Source: Cyanobacteria bacterium P01_F01_bin.150 (GTDB lineage: Bacteria > Cyanobacteriota > Cyanobacteriia > CAKZMO01). From it: a stretch of 64,000 nt of DNA. The notes beneath the pieces are model-generated. The model was given only the letters and a program-made list of their open reading frames with translations. It was not told where the DNA came from and did no database searches. Position numbers and translations under genes: made by a program. The first letter of the stretch is position 1. Each line of letters starts with the position of its first letter. Positions 9,741 through 23,634 of the stretch are shown in pieces. The DNA lies in assembly GCA_039189765.1 (NCBI GenBank), contig JBCCYL010000006.1, forward strand, positions 101,630-165,629, read 5' to 3'.

Positions 9741-10724
9741 ATGTCTGTAGCTGTATCCACCATGCAAAAACGATTATTAGGTCAATCCAGCGTACACATC
9801 ACTCCTATCCTCATGGGTACCTGGCAAGCAGGGCGGGATATGTGGGTTGATATTGATGATGCTGCAACGACTAAAGCAATTCGAGCTGCGGTGGAGGCAG
9901 GGATGACAACGATTGATACTGCTGAAGAATATGGTGAGGGCTATTCCGAACGCATCATTGCTCAGGCGTTAAACGGTTGGCCTAGAGATCAGGTAGAGCT
10001 TACATCTAAAGTTTTTTCAAACCATCTCAGTTATGACCAGGTTCTGGATGCTTGCGATCGCTCCTTAAAAAACCTCCAGACGGATTACCTGGACTTCTAC
10101 CAAATCCACTGGCCTGCTGGTTCCTTTGATAGCGAGATGGTGCCGATAGCTGAAACAATGCAGGCTCTAAATAAGCTGAAAGCTCAGGGCAAAATCCGAG
10201 CGATTGGAGTCTCAAACTTTTCTCTGGCCCAGTTGAAAGACGCTTGCCGATATGGACAAATTGACAGTGTCCAATCAGCATACTCGCTTTTCTGGCGTCA
10301 GATTGAACCAGATATCACTCATTACTGTATTGATCACCAAATAACAATCCTAGCCTATTCTTCTTTAGCCCAAGGTTTATTAACGGGGAAGTTTGGCTTT
10401 AACCATCAGCTACCTGAGGGGGATAACCGAGCCGATAACAAACTTTTTCAAGGGCAAAACTATCATCATGCTCTACAGGCAATTGAACAGCTGCGACCCA
10501 TAGCTGAGCACTATCGATGTACGCTTGCCCAGCTCTCGCTCGCCTGGTTAATTCTCCAACCACAAACTTGCGCGATCGCAGGGGCGCGCAATATGAACCA
10601 AGCACTGGATAACGCTGGAGCTGTTGCCGTGCGTTTAAGTAAAGAAGACATCCACTCAATTGATAGAATTGGGAGAGGGGTAACAGACTATCTAGACGAC
10701 AATCCAGTCATGTGGAATTGGTAG
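9741..10724 (+). CDS. Aldo/keto reductase
   Basis: IDTAEEYG (Asp, Tyr), TSK (Lys), QIHWP (His), GKIRAIGVSNFS, YSSLAQGLLTGKF. Confidence 0.93.
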   Translation: MSVAVSTMQKRLLGQSSVHITPILMGTWQAGRDMWVDIDDAATTKAIRAAVEAGMTTIDTAEEYGEGYSERIIAQALNGWPRDQVELTSKVFSNHLSYDQVLDACDRSLKNLQTDYLDFYQIHWPAGSFDSEMVPIAETMQALNKLKAQGKIRAIGVSNFSLAQLKDACRYGQIDSVQSAYSLFWRQIEPDITHYCIDHQITILAYSSLAQGLLTGKFGFNHQLPEGDNRADNKLFQGQNYHHALQAIEQLRPIAEHYRCTLAQLSLAWLILQPQTCAIAGARNMNQALDNAGAVAVRLSKEDIHSIDRIGRGVTDYLDDNPVMWNW

Positions 10725-10808
10725 AACGAAGTTCGCTGATATCCTCTCCGACCAAAAGGCGCGAAAATTCTTCGCCAAGCCATAATCGCAATTCCCTCAT
10801 CAGCCACC

Positions 10809-11834
10809 CTACGTTAGCCAATCAATAATTTCTGCTTTAGGCGGCAACTGGGCCTGACGCTGACCATAGGAACGAGCTTGGGTACAAAACAACCCAACAG
10901 GAGTGTTGACCACATCAATCCAGTCCCCCTGCCCCATGATCATGCTAACAACGGCGGAGGGAAGTTCTTTAATAGCCCAACGACTCCAGCGATAAATGTA
11001 ATCCCGGCCAGTGAGGTCACGGGTTAGGTTGATATTATGCAGAGCATGGAGATATCGATTAGAACGTCCGTAGCGCTGCCACTGTTTTTTCAGTTCTTGC
11101 AGGGTAGATCGGTGGCGATGTTTAACAATCGCTTCTTGGGAAAATTCAATACGCCACTCGCCACTGTCCAAAATACGCCAGCACATATCCGCATCTCCGC
11201 CTGTGGTGAGATAAGGACGAAAGAGGCCAGAGTGATTAAAAATAGAGCGGCGAATCGCTAGATTCGCCGTTTGACCGTAGGGTCGAAAGGGGTGAGCAAG
11301 GGTATGTTTCTGAGATAGGGTTTCTTGGCGATCGGCGATCGCTTCCAGCAAACTACAGCTAGGCAATGCTTTGACTTCCCCAGCCACTAAACCCACTTTT
11401 AATGAGGGGTCAGAATCTTCTTGAACAGAGAGCTTTTGATTGAGTACAGTTTCTGATTCTGGGTCAGAGAGAAAAGGCTGAACTAGATTTTCAAGCCAAG
11501 TCGCATCAGGGCGGCAATCAGCATCAGTAAATGCAATGATATCTCCCTTAGCTTGTTTAATACCCAGATTCCGAGCGGCATAGGAGCTTTGAATCTGGCA
11601 TTCCTGTAATACCTTTAAATTAAGTCCCCTGGCTTTTCCTTGTTGGGCATAGGATTGCAGCAAGGTATGGGTGCGATCGCGGCTATTATTGTCTACCAGC
11701 AGATATTCCACCCGTTGAGAATGGTAGGTCTGCCGCCATAGACAAGCCATTAAATCTGGCAAATCATCTTCACCGTTATAAATGGGAATAACGACCGACA
11801 CAGACGGCCATAGGGACGGTACGGATACGGTCAT
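10809..11834 (-). CDS. Glycosyltransferase family 2
   Basis: VSVVIPIYN, LVDNNSRD, ARNLG, FTDADC (DxD), GGDAD motifs. Confidence 0.92.
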   Translation of the reverse strand: MTVSVPSLWPSVSVVIPIYNGEDDLPDLMACLWRQTYHSQRVEYLLVDNNSRDRTHTLLQSYAQQGKARGLNLKVLQECQIQSSYAARNLGIKQAKGDIIAFTDADCRPDATWLENLVQPFLSDPESETVLNQKLSVQEDSDPSLKVGLVAGEVKALPSCSLLEAIADRQETLSQKHTLAHPFRPYGQTANLAIRRSIFNHSGLFRPYLTTGGDADMCWRILDSGEWRIEFSQEAIVKHRHRSTLQELKKQWQRYGRSNRYLHALHNINLTRDLTGRDYIYRWSRWAIKELPSAVVSMIMGQGDWIDVVNTPVGLFCTQARSYGQRQAQLPPKAEIIDWLT

Positions 11835-12062
11835 GAATCTAGGTCCTAGTGGAATATTCTGATTGCTATAGGGACTATTATCAATTCACCGTCTATTTTG
11901 GCTAGGGCAAATAGAGCATGACCTCCGTAGAATAAAGGATGTCACCGAAGAAATCTGCTTTATTTGGCTTTAAAGCGTTCAACGTTAGAATGCCAGGAGA
12001 TAGAAGTCCATATAGGGGAGTACTGTCCTTCAATCTAGAATTACAAATAGTGAGGTGCAACT

Positions 12063-12341
12063 GTGAATGAGGTGGGCGATCGCGATAATATCCAAGACAA
12101 TCAGTTTGAAAAAGATAAAGCTGCACAAAAAGAAAAGTTTCTATTTCCCCAAAGCCGCTATCGCGGTGACTTTACACCAGAGAATTTAGCGTTCAACTCC
12201 AATTTGCAGGAGTTCGCTCAAAAAGCTTCCATTATCTGTAATCTGGAGACCAATGGAAAAATCACGCCGGAGGATGCCTATAAGCAAATTAAGGCACTGT
12301 GGAAGGAGCTAAAGCAGTCTAAGAAAGAGCTTCTAGATTAA
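12063..12341 (+). CDS. Conserved small cyanobacterial hypothetical protein
   Basis: FLFPQSRYRGDFTPENLAFNSNLQEFAQK...LETNGKI...AYKQIKALWKELKQSKK pattern recognised from cyanobacteria. Confidence 0.8.
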   Translation: MNEVGDRDNIQDNQFEKDKAAQKEKFLFPQSRYRGDFTPENLAFNSNLQEFAQKASIICNLETNGKITPEDAYKQIKALWKELKQSKKELLD

Positions 12342-12344
12342 TAG

Positions 12345-14132
12345 TCACGTCGTTAGCCCCTTCTGCTTGAGAAATTTAATAAAGTTGCGCTTGCGTTTGT
12401 ATGCACGGCAAACTTCGTTGAGATAAGCTTCAAATTCGGCTTGGCGATCGCCCTTCACCATCAAGTCTCTAATTTTCACCAGCAAATCCACCGCATCCTG
12501 ATATGCCTGATTATTAGTCTGATCCAGCAATGGCTCAATCCGAGGCTTATAGATGCTCAGTGCATCTTCAGGATGACTTTGTTCTCTAGACTCAGCCAGG
12601 CGAAACCAGAGGGTAGGGTTACAGCCTCCCACATTAGCCTCCTCCCATGCCTGAGCATTATTCCCTTCCCACAGAAGAATTTCTACCAGCAACGAATATC
12701 CAACTGTTGTATCCCGTCCAGAAAATCGATTTCGAGGACGTTGGGTGAAATAAGTGGCCTGGGGCTGGGGTTTGATTGCCCGTCTTACCCGCTCTATTGC
12801 TTTAGGTCTCCATTCTGACCAAACGCCTGTTTTGTCCGCCTGCTGCTTTAACGGTTGATAATACGACAGTGATGGCTGTCGATCAAAATCACCCCAGACA
12901 ATTGCCAAGGCATCTTCCCAGCGATGCTGTGCCTCATAGGATTTAATTAAGAAATCACCCAAATTGCCGCTGCGATAGGAATCAGAAAAAGCATTAAGGC
13001 CCTCTTCGGCCCAAGCGATCGCCTGCTCCATCTGCCCGTCTGCTTCATAGAGCTGGACAATTTGAAAATAGCGCGACGGCTGCGACAGATCCTCCGCAAT
13101 GACCTTGACTAAATCCTCCAGAGAACCGGATAAAGACACCCATTTTTCCTTTATTTTAAGAAGCTTTTGAAACCGATAGCTGGGCTTCGTTTTACCAGCA
13201 TCCCCAGATTCACTGTCCACTTCCGCCAGCTCCGCCAGCTCCAGATCCACGAGCTGACCATAGGTTTTTAAGCCATCCTTGCCTAGAACGTCTCCATAGG
13301 TTTCTATCGCATCGTCAAAAAAGATATAGTCAGAATCCATCTCCAATCGCAGCAGGCTATCTGCTAAATCATGGGGATCAGGATCTCCTTCTTTGCAGGC
13401 CAAGTAGTGTAGTTTTTTAATCCGATCCAAGCTCATGCTCACATATCCACCCGAGTCATCAATCGATTCAAAGGCATCATCGATTAAAGACATGGCGGTC
13501 TCGCACAGATCAATCACCTCATTGCCATAGCCTTGATCTAGAAGCTCTTCAAGCCTTGCCGTGGCCGAATCTACTTTATCGGCGTAGTCGGAAGAGTTAT
13601 AATAGCTGATAAAGCCGTCGGGAATAATGGTGCTGTAGAGCGATCGCTGAAACGTCCCAATATCGAAACCATCGGGCTGCTTAGCTGCCACTCTCATCAA
13701 CAGCGTTTGCCGCAGACGTTCATCGTCCTTGGCCTGATTTAAAATCATTTGCACCAGGGCATCATGGGGCTGCTCGGACAAATAGGTCCGCACATCTGCC
13801 ATGGTGGTTCCTTTTGAGGCAGGCGCTTCACTGGAGGGACGATAAGGTGGTGGTTCCGCAATCCAAGCTAGCCCCACGGCTACACAGTGCTTACAGAAAA
13901 TTTCATCCACTCCCAGGGGACAAGTACATCTATATTGGAATACATTGTCTTCTAGCCACAGGCTAACCTGATAGGTCTCAGAGCCAACAACATCTGCGGT
14001 GATCCGTTCGCCATATTGGGCGAGAGAGCAGACTAACCCACGATCGTTGTAATCAACTCCACGTAGAAAGTAGCGATCGCCCGCCAGCTCTCGCAATAAA
14101 TCTTGATCGAGAATATCGCTAAGTGTGTCCAT
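12345..14132 (-). CDS. SWIM zinc-finger protein with helical C-terminal region
   Basis: CTCP...FCKHCVA SWIM motif; C-terminal YKRKRNF. Confidence 0.88.
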   Translation of the reverse strand: MDTLSDILDQDLLRELAGDRYFLRGVDYNDRGLVCSLAQYGERITADVVGSETYQVSLWLEDNVFQYRCTCPLGVDEIFCKHCVAVGLAWIAEPPPYRPSSEAPASKGTTMADVRTYLSEQPHDALVQMILNQAKDDERLRQTLLMRVAAKQPDGFDIGTFQRSLYSTIIPDGFISYYNSSDYADKVDSATARLEELLDQGYGNEVIDLCETAMSLIDDAFESIDDSGGYVSMSLDRIKKLHYLACKEGDPDPHDLADSLLRLEMDSDYIFFDDAIETYGDVLGKDGLKTYGQLVDLELAELAEVDSESGDAGKTKPSYRFQKLLKIKEKWVSLSGSLEDLVKVIAEDLSQPSRYFQIVQLYEADGQMEQAIAWAEEGLNAFSDSYRSGNLGDFLIKSYEAQHRWEDALAIVWGDFDRQPSLSYYQPLKQQADKTGVWSEWRPKAIERVRRAIKPQPQATYFTQRPRNRFSGRDTTVGYSLLVEILLWEGNNAQAWEEANVGGCNPTLWFRLAESREQSHPEDALSIYKPRIEPLLDQTNNQAYQDAVDLLVKIRDLMVKGDRQAEFEAYLNEVCRAYKRKRNFIKFLKQKGLTT

Positions 14133-15000
14133 CTGCCTGATTAGGTTTACCTTAAGCCTGCAATGCGAGCTTCATTTCTAAATTAAATATAGATAGGAAA
14201 TGCGGGTAATTGTCCCCCCTTGAATATTCCCATGAATGGAGGACACGGAGCATCCACAATCGCTTAAATCTTCACTTGCTCAAGCCAGTAAAGTATGAAT
14301 AATCTTAAATGACACATCTGGTCGTAGCACCACTAAAGTAATATCTAAGAAGACCTTTGAAGAGTCCAGCGATCGCAACCATCAGCAGCTAGACGTTGCA
14401 GCGATAAAAACGAATTACACTATGAACATAGGAGAAAAGCAAAGTAACGTGGAATCACGCCTCCTTGGGCTATCTTCGCTTACCTGAGTGCTTCATAAAG
14501 CTCCTGAAGCCCTTACTTATTTTGTTCTGTAGTGTCATTAGCGATTGGAATCAAAGCGAAACGAACGTGATCTAACTATGTGGACTAGGTAGGACTTCTG
14601 GTAGACCGCGTTCGCGAATCAATGCCTTTGGATCAGGTAGTTTTTTACACTAGCGTAAGATTTCAACCGCCCAGCAAACAAGTGTTGTTAGTCAACTAGT
14701 GATCTAAATGTTTCATAACGTATAGCTAGCTAACCGTGTTAGGAGACACGGGATACTCTACAACACGATCTGACAATAAGAGTCCTCTCAGTAAAGCAAA
14801 TAGAAAATTTTACCTCTCTGGAATGAATGTGATGGGTGTAGCTAACCCCTAACTTCTTTCAGAACAGGATAGTTATCTTTAGAGTTTCGCTTCAGATCCT
14901 CAATGCGAACCTAAAGCCTATATTCAGTGGGTAAAAGATAATGTGGTGTGAATTTTAAAAAATAGAAAAAAATAGTTAGTAAGCCTAGTAGGGTATTCTT

Positions 15001-15948
15001 ATGAACACTCAAGAACTCCTGAAGCGCTATGCGGCAGGAGAACGAGATTTTAATACAACAGATTTAAGTGGAGCTAAGTTACGTGCCGTCGATCTAAGGG
15101 GATCTAGCCTAAAAAATGCGATTTTATTTGAGGCAGATCTGAGCGGAACAAACCTGATTAACGCCAATTTAAATGGCGTGGTTTTTAGACAAGCAAATTT
15201 AACAGACGTTTGTCTTTCTGGCGCCAAATTAATTGGGGCTGATCTGTCAGAAACCCAATTGATAAAAGCGGATTTAAGTGGGGCAAACTTGTGGAGAGTC
15301 ATGCTAAGAAGAGCCGTTCTGCGCGACGCAAACCTGGCTCGAGCAAACTTACACCAAGCCAATTTAACAGAAGCAACTTTAACGCAAACAACCCTATGTG
15401 GAGCCAATTTAACCCACACAAATTTGACGGGAGCAAATTTGACGGGAGCAAATCTTAGGGGCGTCAATGGCACAGAAGCAACATTTGTGCGATCGCAATT
15501 ACGCGGTGCTGATTTAGAGCGGGCAACTCTTAGCAAGGCGACGTTCACAGGAGCAGATTTGGGTAGAGTCAACCTGAGTGCTGCTAATTTAAGCGGAGCA
15601 AATCTTAGGGGTGCCAGTTTAGATGGCGCAAATTTAACTGGGGCAAACCTGACCCAGGCCAATCTCATTGATACCAAGTTGATGCTCGCATCAATGAGAG
15701 GAAGCAAATTAGATAGGGCAGAATTAACGCACTCAAATCTGACTGAGGCTGATTTGAGCTGGGCCAGCCTACAGGGAACCAATTTGAGCGCAGCAATGCT
15801 ACGGAAGGCCGTACTGATGGATGTTGATTTGAGCACTGCAATTTTGCGAAGTGCCGATTTGAGTGATACGTGGGTTGATCTAGTCTCTGTCAGTGATGCA
15901 AATCTGGCATGGATAACGCCATCGTCCAAGCGACAACGGGCGGAATAA
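15001..15948 (+). CDS. Pentapeptide repeat protein
   Basis: MNTQELLKRYAAGERDF N-terminus and continuous A(N/D)Lxx repeats. Confidence 0.93.
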   Translation: MNTQELLKRYAAGERDFNTTDLSGAKLRAVDLRGSSLKNAILFEADLSGTNLINANLNGVVFRQANLTDVCLSGAKLIGADLSETQLIKADLSGANLWRVMLRRAVLRDANLARANLHQANLTEATLTQTTLCGANLTHTNLTGANLTGANLRGVNGTEATFVRSQLRGADLERATLSKATFTGADLGRVNLSAANLSGANLRGASLDGANLTGANLTQANLIDTKLMLASMRGSKLDRAELTHSNLTEADLSWASLQGTNLSAAMLRKAVLMDVDLSTAILRSADLSDTWVDLVSVSDANLAWITPSSKRQRAE

Positions 15949-16043
15949 GGATTTATGACGTGGCCCTACGCATCAATTGCGGCATAAAGAAAGGGCCAAC
16001 TGAGAACACGTACCAATACCAATACTAATAGGGAGATGGACAA

Positions 16044-19014
<2,971 letters not shown>

Positions 19015-19053
19015 TAGAGTAATACAGCGAAAAGGTCTTGAAGCGCTAAAGAT

Positions 19054-19100
19054 ATAGGAGTTTTTGGTCCCTCACTGTACGAGGGACCAAAAACTCCTAT
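19054..19100. terminator. Perfect 20-bp hairpin between convergent katG and GH63 genes (probable bidirectional terminator)
   Basis: ATAGGAGTTTTTGGTCCCTC / GAGGGACCAAAAACTCCTAT with a 7-nt loop. Confidence 0.75.
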
Positions 19101-21802
19101 TCACCATACTGTTGGATTAACTTTGCCACCAGACCTGTCCAGCCAGTTTGATGACTTGCGCCAATCCCTGCCCCATTATCTCCATGAAAATACTCATAGA
19201 ACAAAATTAAATCACGCCAGTGAGGATCGGATTGAAACGGCGTATCGGAGATATTTTCCTTTGAGGCTCCATACACGGGCCGACAGCCTTGACCGTTCTG
19301 CTGAAAAATTCGCATCAGGCGATGGGATAGCTCTGACGCCACTTCCCAAAGCGTCAGCCAATTACCTGAACCCGTAGGGCATTCTACCTTAAACTCATCC
19401 CCCGTATAGTGATGAAACTTTTGGAGTGATTCAATCAGTAAGTAATTGACCGGAAACCAAATAGGCCCCCGCCAGTTGGAATTACCACCAAATAGATGAC
19501 TACTGGATTCAGCTGGTTCATAGCTAACCTGGTGGGCCTCATCCTTCACGTGGAACACATAGGGGTTGTCCTTGTGGTAGCGAGACAGTGCTCGAATACC
19601 ATAATTGCTTAGGAACTCAGTTTCATCTAGCATTTTGCTGAGGATATGGCGGAAGCGATCGCTGTCTTCTTTTCGTCCCGTCGTCAAATAGGTCAGGGCT
19701 AGTAATCGCCTGGCCTTCTGTCCTTTCATATCCATACAGGCTACATTTTTCTTGAGGGCGGGACGATTGGCGATAAACCACTCTAGGCGTTCTTTAAAGT
19801 TGGGAAGCCGATCCAGGGTTTCGGGTTCAAGAATGGCGATCGCAAACAGTGGAATCAGACCCACCATCGATCGCACCTTGAGGCGAATCTGTTCTCCGTT
19901 GGGCAAATTCAGCACGTCGTAGAAAAAGCCATCCTCTGGGTCCCAAAGCTGGGTATTGCCCTCACCCACATGATTCATAGCGCTGGCGATATAGAGAAAA
20001 TGCTCAAAGAATTTAGTCGCCATATCTTCATAAACCGGATTCTCTAGCGCCAGTTCCAAGGCAATTGTCAACATATTGAGGCAAAACATGCCCATCCAGC
20101 TTGTACCATCTGCCTGTTCAATGGTGCCCCCGGTTGGCAGAGGCGAACTGCGATCAAACACACCAATATTGTCCAGCCCCAGAAATCCCCCCTCAAAAAT
20201 ATTGTTGCCCTCCTCATCCTTGCGGTTGACCCACCATGTAAAGTTGAGCAGCAGCTTTTGAAAGACCCGCTCTAAAAATTGACGGTCTCCTTGACCCTTG
20301 AGTTTTTGCTCAATCTTATATACTCGCCAGGTTGCCCAGGCATGCACAGGAGGATTAACGTCGCCAAAGGCCCACTCATAGGCTGGAAGCTGACCATTGG
20401 GATGCATGTACCATTCCCGAGTCATAATATCGAGCTGATTTTTGGCAAACTCCGGATCGATCAGCGCCAGAGGAATACAGTGAAATGCTAAGTCCCATGC
20501 AGCAAACCAGGGATACTCCCATTTATCAGGCATGGAAATTACGTCGTCACAGTGGAGATGCTGCCATTCCCGATTTCGGCCCTGTTTGCGTTTTTCTGGC
20601 GGCACAGGCATGGCCGGGTCTCCCTCCAGCCATTCATCTACCACATAGTAGTACCACTGCTTTGTCCACATCAGTCCAGCAAAAGATTGTCGCTGAATAT
20701 TGCGCAAATCTTCCGATAGATTGGCCGGAGTGACAGTGCGGTAAAACTCATCGGCTTCCTGAAGACGGGCCTGAAAACTACCGGTAAAGGCTGAACCCAG
20801 GGGATCGTCCAGCAGCTCTTCAGGGGATGGTTGATGGCGAAGCCGTAGTCGCACAACTTTGGTCATGCTAGGTTCTAAGGTGAGCTGATAGTGAGGCGAT
20901 ACCTTAGTTCCTTCCTGGGCGGAATTAATGGCTGATTGCTGACCATGGAGCACATAGTCATTGATGCCGTCTTTAGCATATTGGCCATTATTTACAGCGT
21001 CGTAAATCCGCTGGTGGTTGGTTTCATTATCGGTAAACAGAAGGGGAGGAGTGGCTTCACAATAAAAGTGATAGGCTCCTAGTTCTTGGTGCTTTGTCTC
21101 CAGCACCGAGTAGTGATCGGTAATGGCCACCACTTTGATACCAGGCTTTGTACCATTGATACAGTCATTCGTCCAAGCCCACGTGTTCCGAAACCAAAGG
21201 GTCGGCAGTAAGTGCAACGTCTGAGTCTCTGGACCCCGATTTACAACGCTAATCTGAATCAAAATATCGTTAACGTCGGCCTTGGCGTATTCCACAAACA
21301 CATCGTAGTAGCGACTGTCGGCAAATACGCCGGTGTCAAGCAGCTCATACTCCATGGCGTGGCGATCGCGCCGTTTATTTTCTTTGACTAAATCACCGTA
21401 GGGAAACGCCTGTTGGGGATACTTGTACAGCCCTTTCATATAGGAATGGGTGGGAGTGCTGTCCAAGTAGAAATAGTATTCCTTAACGTCTTCGCCGTGA
21501 TTGCCCTGGTTCCCCGTTAGCCCAAATAGCCGCTCCTTCAAAATGGTGTCTTTGCCGTTCCATAGGGCAACAGAAAAACATAGCCGTTGGTGATTATCGG
21601 AAATTCCTAAGATTCCATCCTCACCCCAACGATAGGCTCGCGATCGCGCCTGATCGTGGGGAAAATCTTCCCAAGCTTCTCCATGCTCACTGTAGTCTTC
21701 CCGGACGGTCCCCCACTGGCGCTCGGAGAGGAAAGGCCCCCAGCGTTTCCAATGGGCAGTGCGTTGGGCGGATTGTTCAAGGCGATCGTGTTCGGCAGTC
21801 AT
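19097..21802 (-). CDS. Glycoside hydrolase family 63-like glucosidase (MGH1-like)
   Basis: [66 protein letters not shown]. Confidence 0.92.
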   Translation of the reverse strand: MTAEHDRLEQSAQRTAHWKRWGPFLSERQWGTVREDYSEHGEAWEDFPHDQARSRAYRWGEDGILGISDNHQRLCFSVALWNGKDTILKERLFGLTGNQGNHGEDVKEYYFYLDSTPTHSYMKGLYKYPQQAFPYGDLVKENKRRDRHAMEYELLDTGVFADSRYYDVFVEYAKADVNDILIQISVVNRGPETQTLHLLPTLWFRNTWAWTNDCINGTKPGIKVVAITDHYSVLETKHQELGAYHFYCEATPPLLFTDNETNHQRIYDAVNNGQYAKDGINDYVLHGQQSAINSAQEGTKVSPHYQLTLEPSMTKVVRLRLRHQPSPEELLDDPLGSAFTGSFQARLQEADEFYRTVTPANLSEDLRNIQRQSFAGLMWTKQWYYYVVDEWLEGDPAMPVPPEKRKQGRNREWQHLHCDDVISMPDKWEYPWFAAWDLAFHCIPLALIDPEFAKNQLDIMTREWYMHPNGQLPAYEWAFGDVNPPVHAWATWRVYKIEQKLKGQGDRQFLERVFQKLLLNFTWWVNRKDEEGNNIFEGGFLGLDNIGVFDRSSPLPTGGTIEQADGTSWMGMFCLNMLTIALELALENPVYEDMATKFFEHFLYIASAMNHVGEGNTQLWDPEDGFFYDVLNLPNGEQIRLKVRSMVGLIPLFAIAILEPETLDRLPNFKERLEWFIANRPALKKNVACMDMKGQKARRLLALTYLTTGRKEDSDRFRHILSKMLDETEFLSNYGIRALSRYHKDNPYVFHVKDEAHQVSYEPAESSSHLFGGNSNWRGPIWFPVNYLLIESLQKFHHYTGDEFKVECPTGSGNWLTLWEVASELSHRLMRIFQQNGQGCRPVYGASKENISDTPFQSDPHWRDLILFYEYFHGDNGAGIGASHQTGWTGLVAKLIQQYGE

Positions 21803-21804
21803 GA

Positions 21805-21839
21805 GGATTTTAGATTTTGGATTTTAGATTTTGGATTTT
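21805..21839. repeat. Heptamer short tandem repeat (STRR-type), 5 units of (G/A)GATTTT
   Basis: GGATTTT AGATTTT GGATTTT AGATTTT GGATTTT directly upstream of the GH63 start codon. Confidence 0.85.
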
Positions 21840-22102
21840 GGCCTCTGCCTTGCGATGTCAGTGAAGTCTAGACATCACGTTCAAAATCATGAAAAACAAA
21901 CATAGATGTTCAAAAAGAGTGACGATCAACGTTGGAACAGGAATTAAAAGACTTACAAAGCAATAAGATACTGGAAGTGTGTAATAAGGCCAGAGACATC
22001 AGTATTGTATGAGCGGTATTGGAGCGGAGTGAGGATTTTTGAGGGTTTTCTTAGGGTTTGTGTAACACTGCACCGTTTCGCTTAAAACAAAAGCTGATTT
22101 TT

Positions 22103-23029
22103 TTAGTTAAAAACCACCTTAGGCTTTAGAAAAATTGAGTCAAGCTGCTCTACATCTGAAGTTCGAAGCAAGCCGATACCCAAAAATGGATAGTCAGAAC
22201 TACTAACTGTGACAACCTCTGGAAGAGGAGACGAAAGACGCTGGACGGCTTCATCAGCAAGAGGCATCACTCTGCCGTTGAGCCATCCTTTTTCGTGTTC
22301 GGCAGTTAAGACGATGGAATCCAGGTGATTTAATGCCTGATGTGGAAATACAGGAATAAACTGTTGGCTAACCGCTAGCTCTTCTATCTGGTCAAAGGTC
22401 AAACTATCTGATAAAGCAAAACCATGACTTTCGGTTCGAATCAGGTTCGCCAAGGTTGCGCCCACATTTACCCTGGCTCCAAGGTCTCTGGCGATCGCAC
22501 GAATATACGTCCCTGGGCCACAGAAAATGGCGACTTCTAACTCTGGAAATTCGCCAGCTCGCCAATCAATAAGCTCAATATTGTGAACCTCAACTGTTCG
22601 AATCGGCACATCAATATCTACACCAGCACGGGCTAAATCATAGAGGCGTTTACCGTTCACCTGAATAGCGCTGTATTTGGGAGGGATTTGTTGAATAGTG
22701 CCAAGAAAGTGATTAAAGGACTTAATCACTTCCGTTTGTGTCAACTGAGGACAGGGGGTTTCGGAAAGGCGATCGCCCTCCAAATCATCTGTTGTCGTCG
22801 TTACGCCAAAACGAATCACGGCCCGATACGCTTTGGGCGTTGGCAGATACTGAAGCAATCGGGTGGCACGGCCTAGAGCAATAGGCAGAACACCAGTAGC
22901 AGCAGGATCAAGGGTTCCTCCATGACCCACCCGTTTCATTCGCAAAATTTTTCGGACTTTGGCTACACAGTCATGAGAGGTCCAACCCGCAGGTTTGTAT
23001 AAGTTTAAAAATCCTTCTAACGAGTCCAT
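22103..23029 (-). CDS. truB: tRNA pseudouridine(55) synthase
   Basis: KPAGWTSHD, GHGGTLDPAATGVL, PPKYSAI, GTYIRAIARDLG. Confidence 0.96.
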   Translation of the reverse strand: MDSLEGFLNLYKPAGWTSHDCVAKVRKILRMKRVGHGGTLDPAATGVLPIALGRATRLLQYLPTPKAYRAVIRFGVTTTTDDLEGDRLSETPCPQLTQTEVIKSFNHFLGTIQQIPPKYSAIQVNGKRLYDLARAGVDIDVPIRTVEVHNIELIDWRAGEFPELEVAIFCGPGTYIRAIARDLGARVNVGATLANLIRTESHGFALSDSLTFDQIEELAVSQQFIPVFPHQALNHLDSIVLTAEHEKGWLNGRVMPLADEAVQRLSSPLPEVVTVSSSDYPFLGIGLLRTSDVEQLDSIFLKPKVVFN

Positions 23030-23257
23030 AACGTTGTACTGAATCCCTATTGTCCGAAAATTAAGCCTCGCTCATCCTAACGCTTACCGTGCCCTGGGGG
23101 ATAGATTGTCAATTCTATGGCCGTGGCTACTTTAGTGAACACTCAGCAGGGTAGTAACATGACAGCTCTAAAACGGTGCATTACACTATCACTAAGACAC
23201 CCTACGCGATCTACTTATAGCGGGGAGGGTTCAAAAGAGAATGTCCAGAGTACTCAG

Positions 23258-23482
23258 TTAAACAAAAACAGGAGTATTGAAGACAGCCGCTGTGATGGCG
23301 ACCGATTCATTAATCAAACCGTAGCCACTGGCAAAATCGGGGCCAAGGTCAAAGAATGGGGTTGCTACATTTGTTGTATGACTAATCCAAACCTCAGATG
23401 AGGGGTCTGAGAGTGATTGGACCGTCTTGTCTAATTCTGGATTGAAAAAAGCAAGTGTATTAGGGAAAGTAGACGTTGCCAT
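23258..23482 (-). CDS. 74-aa protein resembling the C-terminal segment of an S8 subtilase domain
   Basis: ATG at 23482 preceded by AAGGAAG; TPFFDLGPDFASGYGLIN motif. Confidence 0.55.
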   Translation of the reverse strand: MATSTFPNTLAFFNPELDKTVQSLSDPSSEVWISHTTNVATPFFDLGPDFASGYGLINESVAITAAVFNTPVFV

Positions 23483-23579
23483 AGTAGATCTTCCTTGTAC
23501 TGTTAATCGTTGAAAAAATACGCACTGAAATCTGCCTCCCAATGGACGAACCAATGGAGAGCTAGGGATTGTCTAGTCC

Positions 23580-23634
23580 TGAATGCCTTCTCAATCAATA
23601 AACAGATTGGCTAAAAAGACAGAGAAGGCATTCA
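23580..23634. promoter_or_regulatory. Stem-loop in the upstream region of the 74-aa gene
   Basis: 13-bp perfect inverted repeat TGAATGCCTTCTC / GAGAAGGCATTCA with a 29-nt loop. Confidence 0.4.

Noticed and set aside
14133..15000. Long intergenic region with a repeated 9-mer GTGATCTAA (14567, 14699)
   Set aside because: Only two short copies; no convincing ORF or RNA structure
15027..15929. 300-aa antisense ORF over the pentapeptide gene
   Set aside because: Shadow ORF caused by repeat codon structure on the opposite strand
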